From Octopus vulgaris (lineage: Eukaryota): a DNA stretch of 64,000 nucleotides. The notes beneath the pieces are model-generated. The model saw nothing but the letters and a program-made list of their open reading frames with translations. It was not told the DNA's origin and did not search any database. The DNA lies in assembly GCA_951406725.2 (NCBI GenBank), contig OX597814.1:2046001-2110000 (forward strand), read 5' to 3'. A program made the position numbers and the translations under genes. Each line of letters opens with the position of its first letter. The first letter of the stretch is position 1. This document shows, in pieces, positions 29,943 to 46,580 of the stretch.

Positions 29943-29980
<38 letters not shown>

Positions 29981-30253
29981 CATATTTACATACATATGCA
30001 TTTAAAAGTCTGTGAAAATTACAGTTTTTAAGTTTAAAGAGGATTTTCAAGAAAATAAATTCTTTAAAAAAAATTATAAAATCTTTTATCAGGATGTTAC
30101 CTGTTCGAAGGAGTTTTTTGCTAGTGCGCATGAGCGCTGCAGAACATACGTGTTCACTCTCTCTCTCTCTCCCTTATTCTCTCTCTCCTCTCACTCTTTC
30201 TCCCTCTCTTCCGCTTTCTCCCTCCTTCCCTCTCTCTCTCCCCTCTGTCTCTT

Positions 30254-30334
<81 letters not shown>

Positions 30335-30337
<3 letters not shown>

Positions 30338-30655
30338 GGTGCATGGGTCAGTGGTTGGAGCATCGAGCTTATGATCCCGAGGTTGTGATTTCGACTCCCG
30401 AACCGTGGTGTGTGTTGTGCTCGCTTGAGCAAGATACTTTATTTCACGTTGCTTCACTTCACTCAACTGTAGAAATGAGTTGCGACGTCACTGGTGCCAA
30501 GCTATACCGGCCCCTTTGCCTTTCCCTTGGATAACATTGGTGGCGTGGAGAGAGGAGGCTGGAATGCATGGGCGACTACTGGCCTTCCACAAACAACCTT
30601 GCCCGAATTTTTTAGGTGCAATTCCATGGTTATTCATGACCGAAAGGAGACTCCT
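30335..30655 (+). mobile_element. SINE family B
   Basis: tRNA-like head, CTTGAGCAAGATACTTTATTTCACG, body shared with 46293-46580. Confidence 0.85.
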
Positions 30656-31122
30656 CATGCATGCATGTATGTATGTAAGTATGTATGTATTTCGTATGTA
30701 TGTATGTATGTATGTATGTATGTATGTATGTATGTATGTATGTATGTGTTTATATATACATAAATATGTGTGTGTGTGTGTGTGTGTGTAAGTACTGCAT
30801 CCTCCTTTTACGTATGATAAGTATTTAGAAATTTCGATATATATTTAGTTGTATGTATATATGGTTTTTGTAATTCCCTGGAGTCAGGTAAGACTGTGTA
30901 TTGAAACAGATACTTCAGGTGGGCCATACGTCCAATATACAAACCAGCACTGTTTGCAGAACACTTCAGTCTTATTTCTTATTATCAAATGGATAATTAG
31001 TTAATTAACAATAAAAATCGAATCAGAGTTAGTCCGTGTCTTATACATCACACACACACACACACATACATTTACATATGTGTATAATGTGTCCATTATA
31101 TAAATATATAAATATATATATA

Positions 31123-31378
31123 CTTTATCTAAAAGCATCAGAAATTCAACAAAACCAGTTACTCTGAGTTTCACGTTCCCGTTCGTCGGACAGTTTTTGT
31201 TAAAATAGAATTTTGTTAAAATAGAATGTTAACAAAAGCTGTCCGACGAACGGGAACGTGAAACTCAGAGTAACAGATTTTGTTGAATTTCTGCTGCTTT
31301 TGAATAAAGCATATTACTCTACCCCTGGTATTTGAGTATTCTTTTTTCCCCCTTGTTTCACATTTATGTGTTTACTCC

Positions 31379-31380
<2 letters not shown>
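31123..31380 (+). mobile_element. Foldback pLTR-like element (arms 31123-31203 and 31229-31310)
   Basis: Inverted arms, AATAAA downstream of the hammerhead, (TA)n flanks. Confidence 0.85.
31239..31276 (+). ncRNA. 38-nt minimal hammerhead, C4 variant
   Basis: CUGU-CCGACGA-ACG ggaa CGU-GAA-ACUCAGAGU-A-ACAG. Confidence 0.75.
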
Positions 31381-31445
<65 letters not shown>

Positions 31446-31706
31446 GTGTATGTATGTATGTATGTATGTATGTATCCACAGTACATATATAAATGGTCGT
31501 ACTTATATACAAGCGCCTCCACCCAGTACCAATTACAGTCCCGACCGCTTGATCTGTTTGGGAGAGCACTAGCAACAATTATTTTAGTGAGATGAAAGAA
31601 CTAGTTTTTACTTTTATATAAGTGTGAACATTTGTATATGCACTGTGGATGCATTGTGTTCCCATGGTGTGTATAAATGTTTATTATTATGTACTTTCAG
31701 TTATAT

Positions 31707-31760
31707 CATACTGAGGACAGTAAAGTGATATCACATCCATTATCCAGAAATCGATCTATG
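31707..31760 (+). ncRNA. Hammerhead with degenerate stem II
   Basis: CAUA-CUGAGGA...-GAA-AUCGAU-C-UAUG. Confidence 0.6.
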
Positions 31761-31963
31761 GCTAAGCTTTCGAAAAAATCTTTTTTGTTCATTCCCTCGC
31801 TTTCAGCCCGTGTCTATGTAATATATAATGTAGTTTTAGAGTCATTTGGCATCTACTTCTAGCCTGTGGCATTACTCAGTATTTGCTCTTATTGTAATTT
31901 ATAATTATATTTATAAAATTAAATACTATGTACATATATATATATATATATATATACAAAGTA

Positions 31964-32016
<53 letters not shown>

Positions 32017-32529
32017 AAGTATTTAATATATATATGTATATATAAAGCGGAAGAACATAACGGACGACAATGAAAACATACGGACAGGTAAACCAGGGCG
32101 GAAAATTCGTCGCTTTCTATTCTTCAGTCAAGCTTCTAATCATCATTACAGTTTCGGCCTGTTACACTTCACACTGTTAAAAGTTGGTACGCCCTCTAAA
32201 TCTAAGCTAGCGGCATTAAAGTTGTGGAAGAAAGCAAGCGAATATGTGCGACAACACGGACAAAAAAAGCGAGAAAACGGAGAAAATGTTACACGATTAC
32301 AAATACAAAGAACAGGTGTCTTTCGACTAAAAGGTCAAGTTAAGTTAAGCTGGCGTGTGAAGTGGAAGCCTTGCGACAACAAACATAGGTGGGAGTCAGA
32401 AGACAGGAAAATAAGGTGTTGTGCGAGCGACTGTCAAACCAAAAAAGAAAGATCGTCTTTGGTAGAGCATTGGTCACTTGGGAGGAACAGAGAGAGATAG
32501 GGAGCAGGGCGATTGAAGAATTAGGGAAG

Positions 32530-32602
<73 letters not shown>

Positions 32603-32855
32603 GGGCAGGGAGAGAGGCAATGGAGATAACAGAGGAAAGTAGAGAGATTAAAGAAAGAGAATGCCAAGAAATATGAGAGAGAAAGTGCGAGAAAAAGAGA
32701 AGCGGAAAGAAAGAAGAAAGTCGAACAGAATTTAGATATATACTTACAAGCTGAGCAAAAGGTGTACGTGCGCCGATATATGTATATATAAATCCCCAAA
32801 ACCGGAAGAACATGACGGGGACACGCACACACACACGCACACTCATATATATGTA

Positions 32856-33004
<149 letters not shown>

Positions 33005-33620
33005 TATGTGAAATAGAAAGATGAATAATCTTGTAGTAGATTAATCAAAAGTTTAACCGATACCTTAGTAGCAAAAATCACAGCAGTAGCCTTTAAGATA
33101 TCTACGATTAACCACTGCAAGGGGAATTACTCCTGTAAGACAAACGGGGCTTGGTTTTTTCACAGCGGGGGGTTTCCTTGACAAGGCAGGTTTAGATGAG
33201 AACACACACACACATAAAACATGATGTATATTTTTTTTTCTGCCACCCAACGGTCATCACGGCAGTAGCCACTGACAGCCGAACGATCAAACGCACACAC
33301 GTACACAAAAAATGTTTTCTACCCCTACGCCAACACACACGTATATAGAACAGTATACACACACACACGTCTCTAAGTAGATTTTTTCTCGCCCCTTATA
33401 AAACATCCAATATTCCTTAAATAGTCAGAACTTTATTCTCGGTCACAAAGAACATCTACGCCCCCTCACCCACATGATTGACCGATGCCTGACCCGTTGA
33501 ATTCTTCAGCCACCGGTTCTCAACATACACTGATAAACAGTTTCGCCATGGGCTCTTAGGAGCATAGTTCGATTTGTTTTTGATCCGCCTCTGTTGTTTT
33601 TGTTTTTCCAACGGATTTCC

Positions 33621-33714
33621 TATTTTCTTCCTGAAGAGAAAGACACAATATGGTCCCATTATTCCATCGGATTTTGGTAATTTGTGCCTTTCGAAACACG
33701 TGTAGAATGAAATA
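33621..33714 (+). ncRNA. Type I hammerhead followed by AATAAA
   Basis: UUC-CUGAAGA-GAAAGACACAA...UUGUGCCUUUC-GAA-ACACGUGU-A-GAA. Confidence 0.78.
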
Positions 33715-33765
33715 AAACGATTTCTGTTCAATCTGCGTTCAGCTCCATTTCTTCAATTCACCAAT

Positions 33766-34098
<333 letters not shown>

Positions 34099-34853
34099 CT
34101 ATGTACTTGTATGTTTGTATGTATCTGTGTGTATCCATGTATAGCTATTTATGAAAGATTTTTGTGTTGAAATATTGAGAATATTTTGTTTAATTTGTGA
34201 GACTATCGGATTAATAAGACATTACACTTATTAAGTTGGATTTACAACAGAGCATTTCCAGCGCCTCCACTCAGCACCAGCTACAGCTCCGACCTCTCCA
34301 TCTGTATGGGAGAGCACTAAAAACAGTTGACCAAGAAGTAGAATATCCGTATTAGTCCCTATCAACACATAAGTAGGAGCTGTAATTTTTGATGGGTCAA
34401 GGTACTGAAAATACATTATTTTAAATCTAACTTGAGAAACGTAACGAGTTTTTAATCCGCTGCTCTCACTAATTTAACAAAATATTAAAAAATTTTCTAC
34501 ATAATTAACTTACATAATTAACTTAGCTAAGTACAAATACGATTAATGCCTGCATTTTCTTATGGATTCTCGCTCTTTCTTCTCACATTATTTATTATGC
34601 AATATGCCAAAAAATATTTCTCTAATTTTTCCGTAATCTAAAACCCTGATGGAATTAAATTCAGTTTAATAATATTTAATTTTTCAAAAATTGGATTCAC
34701 TTTGACAGTGGTAAACGTAATACTTGTTGTTTAGATTATTAAGAAGGATAATTAACTGATAAGTTTTACCTACATTTATTAGAAACCAGGTGAACATCCC
34801 TCTTTCTCTCGTTTAATTCCTCTCAAATACTAGAATTGCATTGATTTGTTACC

Positions 34854-35166
34854 AAATCTATTTTTGTTGGTAGCGATTTCTTTGTGCTCGCTGCTATACT
34901 TGGGCAGTGACCAGGGCAGTCAAGTTGTCTTCAAGTATAGCAGCGAAAATAAGGAAATCTCTACCAACAAAAATAGATTTCGCCATGATAGATCGCTAGC
35001 CACTACACATTCCTTATTTTCTCTCCCTGTTTCTTTCTGTGTTCCTTTCTGTAGAAGAGCGTAGGCTCGAAACGTAAAAGACTTTTTCAATTTCCGAGCG
35101 TTATACTAATACGTCTGTTTTGTGTCTACACCACCTGTCTACGTCTTTTGTTTTTTTGTGAATTCT

Positions 35167-35170
<4 letters not shown>
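34854..35170 (+). mobile_element. pLTR-like element with 5' inverted arm (34854-34902 / 34932-34980) and variant hammerhead at 35045-35080
   Basis: CUUU-CUGUAGA-A-GAGC guag GCUC-GAA-ACGU-A-AAAG; related tail fragment at about 25060-25120. Confidence 0.65.
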
Positions 35171-35201
<31 letters not shown>

Positions 35202-35436
35202 TATATATAGACACTACTGTTTAGAATAACACCTACGCAAATTTTTTATAAACAATACATTCAAAAGAGATGTCTCAATAATTCAATCACTACTATCATC
35301 CACAACAAGTCACTTTCAGAGCACTTGACCATTTAACATCCTACTACAATCATGGCACTCCCGCATTCTTCTTCTTCTTCTTCTTCTTCTTTTTCTCCTT
35401 CCCTACCAATAATTCAGAACGACCTCCGACCCACGA

Positions 35437-35627
35437 GAGTATACAAGAGAGACGGAGATAGGCAGAAACAAGGAAAATTCCCCTTGTATTTGAATGCAAA
35501 GCATATATTGTTTTAAAAAATTTTTCTTTTAATTTTTCCAAAATTTAATTATTTTCCATACTTACAGTTGAAAAGGTCTCAATGAATTTTTCAATTATTT
35601 TAGCATTTCCTACCTTGACTTTTTTCC

Positions 35628-35630
<3 letters not shown>
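35437..35630 (+). mobile_element. Second copy of the 5.6 kb pLTR-like element, hammerhead 3' half deleted
   Basis: Reverse complement of 5545-5755 but lacks CCGAAACCGGTACTG. Confidence 0.8.
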
Positions 35631-37249
<1,619 letters not shown>

Positions 37250-37251
<2 letters not shown>

Positions 37252-37609
37252 CTCTTTTACTTCTTTCAGTCATTTGACTGCAGTCATGCTGGAGCACCAC
37301 CTTTAGTGGAATAAATCGACCCCAGGACTTATTTTTTCGGTCGCATTTGCCGAACCGGTAAGTGACAGGACGTAAAAACACCAATATCGGTTGTCAAGCG
37401 ATGGTGGGGTACAAACACAGACACAAACAACTAACACATATATGTGGCTGTGTGGTAAGTAGCTTGCTTACCAACTACATGGTTCCAGGCTCAGTCCCAC
37501 TGCGTGGCACCTTGGGCAAGTGTCTTCTACTATAGCCTCGGGTCGACCATAGCCTTGTGAGTGGATTTGGTAGACGGAAACTGAAAGAAGCCCGTCGTAT
37601 ATATATATA

Positions 37610-37649
<40 letters not shown>

Positions 37650-37770
37650 ATATGTTTGTGTGTCTGTGTTTGTGCCCCCAACATTGCTTGACAACCGATG
37701 CTGGTGTGTTTGCATCCCCGTCATTTAGCGGTTTGGCAAAATATTACCGTTAGAATAAGTACCAGTTATA
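37250..37770. mobile_element. SINE family A: inverted 3' half (-) followed by head and body (+)
   Basis: 37250-37430 on minus, 37444-37770 on plus. Confidence 0.85.
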
Positions 37771-37874
37771 CTGGAGTCGATGAAATAAACTAGTGCCCTC
37801 CAAATTTCAGTCGCTGTGCCTTTAGTAGAAAATTCTTCTTCTTCTTCTTCTTCTTATTATTATTATTGCTCAGA

Positions 37875-38085
37875 CGTTGAGCTGACAGAATCGTTAGCAC
37901 GCGGGACAAAATTCATAGCGTTGTTTCGTCTGGCGCTACATTCTGAGTTCAAATTCCAGCCCGAGGGCGACTTTGCGGTTCATCATCTCGGTGTCGGTAA
38001 AGTAAGTAGCAATGAAAGACTGGGGTTGATGGAATCGACTAGTCCTGTCCCCCAAAATGTCAGGCCTTGTGTCTTTAGTTGAAAG
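37875..38085 (+). mobile_element. Diverged SINE family C
   Basis: GAGCTGACAGAATCGTTAGCAC...TTCTGAGTTCAAATTCC. Confidence 0.75.
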
Positions 38086-38672
38086 GGTTATCAACCATTA
38101 ATAGCACCATCGTCCTCCTCATCATCGTCATCATAATCATCATCACCATACCATCATCATCATCATCACCATCACCATCATCAGCATCACCATCACCATC
38201 ATCATCATCAACAGTTACAATTTTAGCAACATCAGCGGCACGAAGTTCAAGGCCATCCTGCAGTTACCCCTGCCTTACCCCCTCCCCCCCACTTTTCCCC
38301 TTTCCTTACCGATGTTAACCCTTCTCCTTTTACCCCACAATAAACTTACCTCCATTTTCGGCGCCAACAATTCCGAGGAGTAAAAGAACGGTACTGTTTA
38401 TGTCTGTGGTTCCTTCTCTTGTGTTTTGTCTTCATTTCTCTCATCCTGGGACACTTCTTGTGGCACAGGAAAGGAGAAAGTAATGGAAGCAGCCGGGTGG
38501 CGGCGAGGAGGGTGTCAAAACATCCCTGACAATTGGGGAACTATCAAAGAAGTCTTCGAGTGAAAAGAAGAAAATAAGTAACAACACCGCATTTAAGAAC
38601 CACACTGCCCCGCCCCTCCACTTCTTCCTTCCCAAACAATAACACCATTGTCATCTTCATATACCTATTATC

Positions 38673-38711
<39 letters not shown>

Positions 38712-38799
38712 ATCTCTCCCTCCCTGCCTGAGACTCTACAGCCTGGGACCTGATACACATAGATATATATCCATACAAACATATACATATACATATATA

Positions 38800-39290
<491 letters not shown>

Positions 39291-39793
39291 ACACACGCAC
39301 ACACTTATATATATATATGTATGTATACATACCTTTGCATATATGTATACATACACACTCATACATACATATATATATCAAACACACATTGACGCACTTA
39401 TATGTGATGAAACTGTTTGTGTGTATGGGTGAGAGAGAAAGAGAGAGAGAAGAAAGAGAGAGAGAGAGAGAGTGAGAGAAAGAATATGTGTATGTGTGTG
39501 TGTGTATGTGTGTGCGTGTATATTGTCAGTATTTGCCTCGTTGCTCTTCTGTTGACATGTCCCTGCTAATCCATTTGTTTATTTAAAGATTTAGCCCCCC
39601 CTCCCCCTCCCGCTCCACGCCTACCCCTGTCACCGTCTCTAATGGAAGCAAAACGTCGGGATACGCATCCATTAGTGTTACTTAATACTCCCTTAACAAG
39701 TGAGACCTACTGACCACGTGATGAAATTACCCAGGAAGCAACTGCCCAAACAGAAAACATTTCAACGACCATTTTCCTTCGCTCTATACACTG

Positions 39794-39828
<35 letters not shown>

Positions 39829-40574
39829 CATTATTGTTATTATTTCTACTACGATTATTATTATTATTATTATTATTTTCATTTGTTTTGAGATTTATCT
39901 TTTATGAAGGTCTGACGTGTGGGGGAGATAAATGATGGCGACAAGTCTTTGATAGGAACACTGGGGTGTCGTGTACAATTCCACACTTTATCAGCTAAAG
40001 ATAATAAAACTTACTGGAACCCATTTCGGTCGGTAAATACGCATTGGCCGTCGCGCGACCATTCTCACTATGCGAAACGATCTGGTTTGTGATATTGTTT
40101 CACGGATCTGCTTCGGTCGAGAAAGAGACGGCGTTGTCACCCACGCAGTTCCATTGTAGTCTCATATTATCAGATCACAACCAGTTCGTTGAACTTGATA
40201 TATCTGTCACGATTTGTTTGTTGATTCCTGCAGTGAACAGTCGGCAATGTGACTCCATATTGCTGGAAAGAATTCTTTGGCATTGGTCATGTCATTTCAA
40301 TAATTTTCTTTAAAATTCTCCAAACTAGATTAACCCCCCCCCCCCAAAAAAATGATTTAGTCAGAAGAAGGTCGGCAACTACAACTCCGTGTCTTGGGCC
40401 TGCGATGCGGTCAAAAGAGAGAAAGAAAGGAAGGAAGGAAGGAAGGGAGGAAGGAAGGGAGGAAAGACACCTGTTCTGAATGATTGCAATAGAAGCATAT
40501 GGGTGTGACTGTTAGCGGTCAACGCATTTAAATGCATCGATGTTTTCACATAGACGGACACACATACGCATACG

Positions 40575-40663
<89 letters not shown>

Positions 40664-40741
40664 GCATCGATACCGAAGACCTTTCCAGAATTGCTGCGAA
40701 ATCTATTAAAGTCGTCCAAGCTTTACTCTTCGATAATAACC

Positions 40742-41235
40742 GACATTTTGAGGCAATTTTATACACTCTCTCTCTCTCTCTCTCTCTATTTTACTCATAC
40801 CCATGACATTTTGAGGCAATTCTATACACATGACATTTTGAGGCAATTTTATACACACACACACTCTCTCTCTCTCTCTCTCTCTCTCTATTTTACTCAT
40901 ACACATGACATTTTGAGGCAATTCTATACACATGACATTTTGAGGCAATTTTATACACACACACACACACTCTCTCTCTCTCTATTTTACTCATACACAT
41001 GACATTTTGAGGCAATTCTATACACATGACATTTTGAGGCAATTCTATACACATGACATTTTGAGGCAATTTTATACACATGACATTTTGAGGCAATTTT
41101 ATACACATGACATTTTAAGGCAATTTTATACACATGACATTTTAAGGCAATTTTATACACATGAGCATTTTATACACATGACATTTTGAGGCAATTTTAT
41201 GCACATGACATTTTGAGGCAATTTTATGCATATGT
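40742..41235. repeat. 27-bp minisatellite ACACATGACATTTTGAGGCAATT(C/T)TAT
   Basis: About 13 units; the first ones form a higher-order repeat with (CT)n spacers. Confidence 0.92.
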
Positions 41236-41597
41236 GTATAACGTGTTTTTCAACCACTGTTTTCCAGCCACCGGGTTTCGGTGCCGTCTCACTGCGCTGC
41301 GACCTCGGCAGTTTTCCTTCAACTACAGCTCCGAACCAACTGATAGCATGTGAGTGAATTTGGTTTACGGAATCTTCTGTGTGTTGAGTGTGTGGGTGTG
41401 TGTATGTATGTGTGTGTGTATATGTATGTGTGTGTTTGAGTGTGTGTATATGTATGTTTGTGTGTCTCTATGTGCGTGAGTGTTCGTTTGAGTGTGTGCG
41501 TGTCTGTGTGTGTATGCGCATGTGTATATGTGTGTGTATGCTCCTCTGTGTGTGTATGACTGTCTGCCTGCGTGTGTCTGTTTATCTGTGTGTATAT

Positions 41598-41652
<55 letters not shown>

Positions 41653-41990
41653 TTTTTGGTGTCTGTCTTCATCGTTGCATTAAGAAACGGTGTTGATTTG
41701 TTTAAGTCCCCGTAAAGTAGCGGTTCGGCAAAAGAAACCAATACGATAAGTATCAGACGAAGCCCCAGCATGACCAGAGTCCAACGACTGAACCAAGTGA
41801 AAAATGGTAAGCACGAAAGGAATCTTTCGGATAGTCTTCCACGCAGTTTCCTTTTATAAAGAATTCACCGTCAAGCTGTGGTCGGCCTGCAGGTGTGGCG
41901 TAGAAGGCCCAGAGCCAAAGTACTTCAAGGTAGATTCGAAACCGAAATCTAGCAGTTACAAAACAGTAACCACTACGTCATATGCCCACA

Positions 41991-42063
41991 GACATACGGC
42001 GTAGTGGTTAAGAGCGCGGGCTACTAACCCCAAGATTCCGAGTTCGATTCCAGGCAGTTACCT
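41991..42063 (+). mobile_element. tRNA-like module, same family as 20545-20617
   Basis: CGGCGTAGTGG A box, GGGCTACTAACCC, GAGTTCGATTC B box; inverted copy of its 5' end at 41967-41986. Confidence 0.75.
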
Positions 42064-42245
42064 GAATAATGATAATAATGATAATGATAATAATAATAAC
42101 AACAACATGATAATAATATTTATGATTAATCAGTTACGGAGGCGTGCCAAGTAATATGATATATTTCATATTTTTAAAACTGACATTCCTCTCATTAGGA
42201 TGTTTTCACACAATGCAAAAAAAAAAAAGAAATACAGAAATACAA

Positions 42246-42289
<44 letters not shown>

Positions 42290-42535
42290 AAATAAGCAAC
42301 AAGGATATCCAAGGTAGTGTAGTACAATCGTTTCATGCTACTTCATTTTATTAAACACTGTAAGTATTACATCAGTTTTAAAATGTCGAGCAATTTTCAG
42401 CCACATACAGAATTTTTTAAAATTAAATGGACAATGTACATTTTTATACTTACTTCATTTGCCAACATTACAAAGAGGGTAGATATATAGACAGAGAGGT
42501 TAATTTCATCATTAAGAACATGGTAGTATAATATA

Positions 42536-42584
<49 letters not shown>

Positions 42585-42710
42585 TCTGTGGTGTCTGAGG
42601 AGGGTCATTTTCTTTTTGTGCCCTATAATTTAACACACTCATCGGTAAAATTTCCACTTATTTCTCATTTTTATCTTCCTAAAACTTTCATTGCGTCTTG
42701 CAAACCAAAT

Positions 42711-42752
<42 letters not shown>

Positions 42753-42949
42753 CCGAGTAATCACATAGAATTAAATTATCACATTATCATAATGATCATC
42801 TCAGTGGATCAACCAATCGGATCAAGGAAACGTTTTCCGGAAGTCTTCAGCTACAATCATTCCCGATGTTTCCAAATCGATGCCTTTTTCTTAGAGGAAT
42901 CAACGAAAATCTTTTAAAAAGATATTTTCCTTCGATGATCAAAATCGTA

Positions 42950-43570
42950 TTATTCTTTTAATCTTTTACTTGTTTCAGTCATTTACGGCCATGCTAGAGC
43001 AACGCCTTTAGTCGAAGAAATTCACTCTAGGACTTATTCTTCGTGAGCCTAGTACTTACTCTGTCGGTCGCTTTTTTGCCGAAACACTAAAATCACCATC
43101 TTTTTTCATCTTTTACTTGTTCCAGCCATGAGACTGCGGCCATGATGGAGCACCGCCTTGAAGGGTTTTTTGTCGAATGAATCGATCCCAGTAATTACCT
43201 TTTTTAAAACCTCGCTACTTATTTTATCGGTGTCTGGCTTAACTGCTAGGTTGCGGGGACGTAAATACACTAACACCGGTTGTCAAGCAGTGGTGGGAGA
43301 CAAACACAGACAAACACACACAATCAGAAGCACACACACACACACACACACATACAATCATAAGCACACACACACACACACAATCATAAGCACATACACA
43401 CATACACACATATCTGTATATGATGGGCTTCTTTCAGTTTCCGTCTACCAAATCCACTCACAAGGCTTTGGTCGGCCCGAGGCTATAGTAGAAGGCACTT
43501 TCTCGAGGTGTCATGCAGTGGGACTGAACCCGGAACCATGTGGTTGGGAAGCAAGCTTCTTACCACACGA
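42950..43570 (-). mobile_element. SINE family A, near-full copy plus partial tandem tail
   Basis: Family A motifs. Confidence 0.85.
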
Positions 43571-44556
43571 GAAAAACTTTGTTCGCTTTATTCAGTTGCG
43601 CACAAAAATAACATTTCGTAAACGGATGTACTCCACAACGCAACGTGCGTAACAAAATTAAACAACAGCCACATAAAAGTAAGAAAAAAAAAAAAGAGAT
43701 AATGGTTTCATATTTAGTTAGAGAAATGATATTTCAAGCAATTTGTCATTTTACATTTTTCTTTTTACAGAAATGAAAATTCGCTTTTGTTAACGTGAAA
43801 TTTAGTCAATGACAGGAAGGATTTTATTTCAGTCGTATTCTGTCATGCACCATTTCATTGAGAAAAAACATATCTTCTGTTTCAAAGCCAATGCGTTGTT
43901 ACTTGAGAAGAAACAAAAACATGTAACAGCTGCGCTCTTCTTACGTAATATAAAATACTAACTTTTTTTCTTCAAACCGTGGACACTGGTTATTTGTAAT
44001 TGTTACAAATTTCAAATGAAATAGTCATCTAAGAAAAATGCTGAATGTACAGCAGGTTTACCTCGTTTTAGTCCGAAATAAAATCTCTTATGGAAGTAAT
44101 CAGTTTAAAAATACAGTATATATTAGAGTGAGATGGACAGTCGTCCCGGGAGCGGCCAGCGAGAACGCCAGATGCGTTTCACCCATCTTGCGATTTGTCA
44201 ATGTCGTGCACTCGCCTCCAGCTACCTGCCTGGACAAGATCTGTCGCCTGCGATTTAACAAACAATAAGTAATACTCACTGATGTTGCGAATAGCGGCAG
44301 GGCTGAATGAATAATCGAGTGTACGCAATTGAAATATTCAAATGGCTTTCTAGGTATCATACTTAGTGTATTCAAGCAAGGTACTGTAGTTTTTCTCCGA
44401 TATGAAATATCGCATGGATGTGCTGTGAAAAAAACACACTGTGATTGCCCGTATACATACGTATACACATAACATACATACATACATCTACATTCACATC
44501 CATATTTATATATCTATCTATCTATCTATCTATCTATGTCTATCTATCTATCTATG

Positions 44557-44593
<37 letters not shown>

Positions 44594-44598
44594 CTGCC

Positions 44599-44631
<33 letters not shown>

Positions 44632-44979
44632 GGCTGGCTGTCTATCTATCTGTCTGTCTGTCTGTCATTCTCTCTCTTTATACTGTCCTGTTTTTATTAC
44701 ATTCATTCAACCTCAGCAAAATACCAAAATTTTTATTTCATTTGCTTTGCGGGAGCAACTGTTTTGTCGAAGGCCTATCTTGTCGTGAATTGCTCGAAAT
44801 ACGGATTAGAAAAACAGCCAACAACCGATGAAGGGTCGTTCTTTATGCTGCTTGTCTTGTTTTCCATTTGTTTCTTTCGTTGTTTGAAAAAAATTCGTAT
44901 TCCACGTTTTCGTGTTTGGTATTTCATATTGTTTACGTTCTGTGACGTCCTGTGCCCATATACGCATGTGTAAGTATGT

Positions 44980-46290
<1,311 letters not shown>

Positions 46291-46292
46291 AT

Positions 46293-46580
46293 CAGAGGTA
46301 GTGAGTTTGATCCCCAGATCGGGCTGTGTTGTGTTCTTGAGCAAGACACTTTATTTCACGCTGCTCACCTGTAGAAATGAGTTGCGACATCACTTGTGCC
46401 AAGTTGTATTGGTCCCTTTGCTTTTACCTGGGATAACATTGGTGGCATGGAGAGGGGACGCCAGTATGCATGGGCGACTGCTGGTCTTCCATAAACATCA
46501 TTGCCCGGACTTGTGCCTCGGAGGGTAAATTTCTAGGTTTAATTTCATGGTCATTCATGACCGAACGGGGTCTTTACCTT
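46293..46580 (+). mobile_element. SINE family B (5' clipped)
   Basis: GTGTTCTTGAGCAAGACACTTTATTTCACG...ATTCATGACCGAA. Confidence 0.85.

Noticed and set aside
40742-41235. CRISPR-like array
   Set aside because: No unique spacers, no cas genes, eukaryotic context
41991-42063. tRNA-Ser(ACT) gene
   Set aside because: Poor acceptor and anticodon stem pairing, no long variable arm, repeat-associated
42591-42640. GTGT-CTGAGGA-GGGTCA..TGCCC..ACAC
   Set aside because: No GAAA half-core; at best a decayed copy
44100-44400. Possible Tc1/mariner N-terminal helix-turn-helix remnant
   Set aside because: Only a faint RWVKR..PGR resemblance; insufficient support
44780-44835. GAAA...CCGATGA (similar order at 32.1 and 54.0 kb on minus) as a type II hammerhead
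   Set aside because: I could not form stems I-III convincingly
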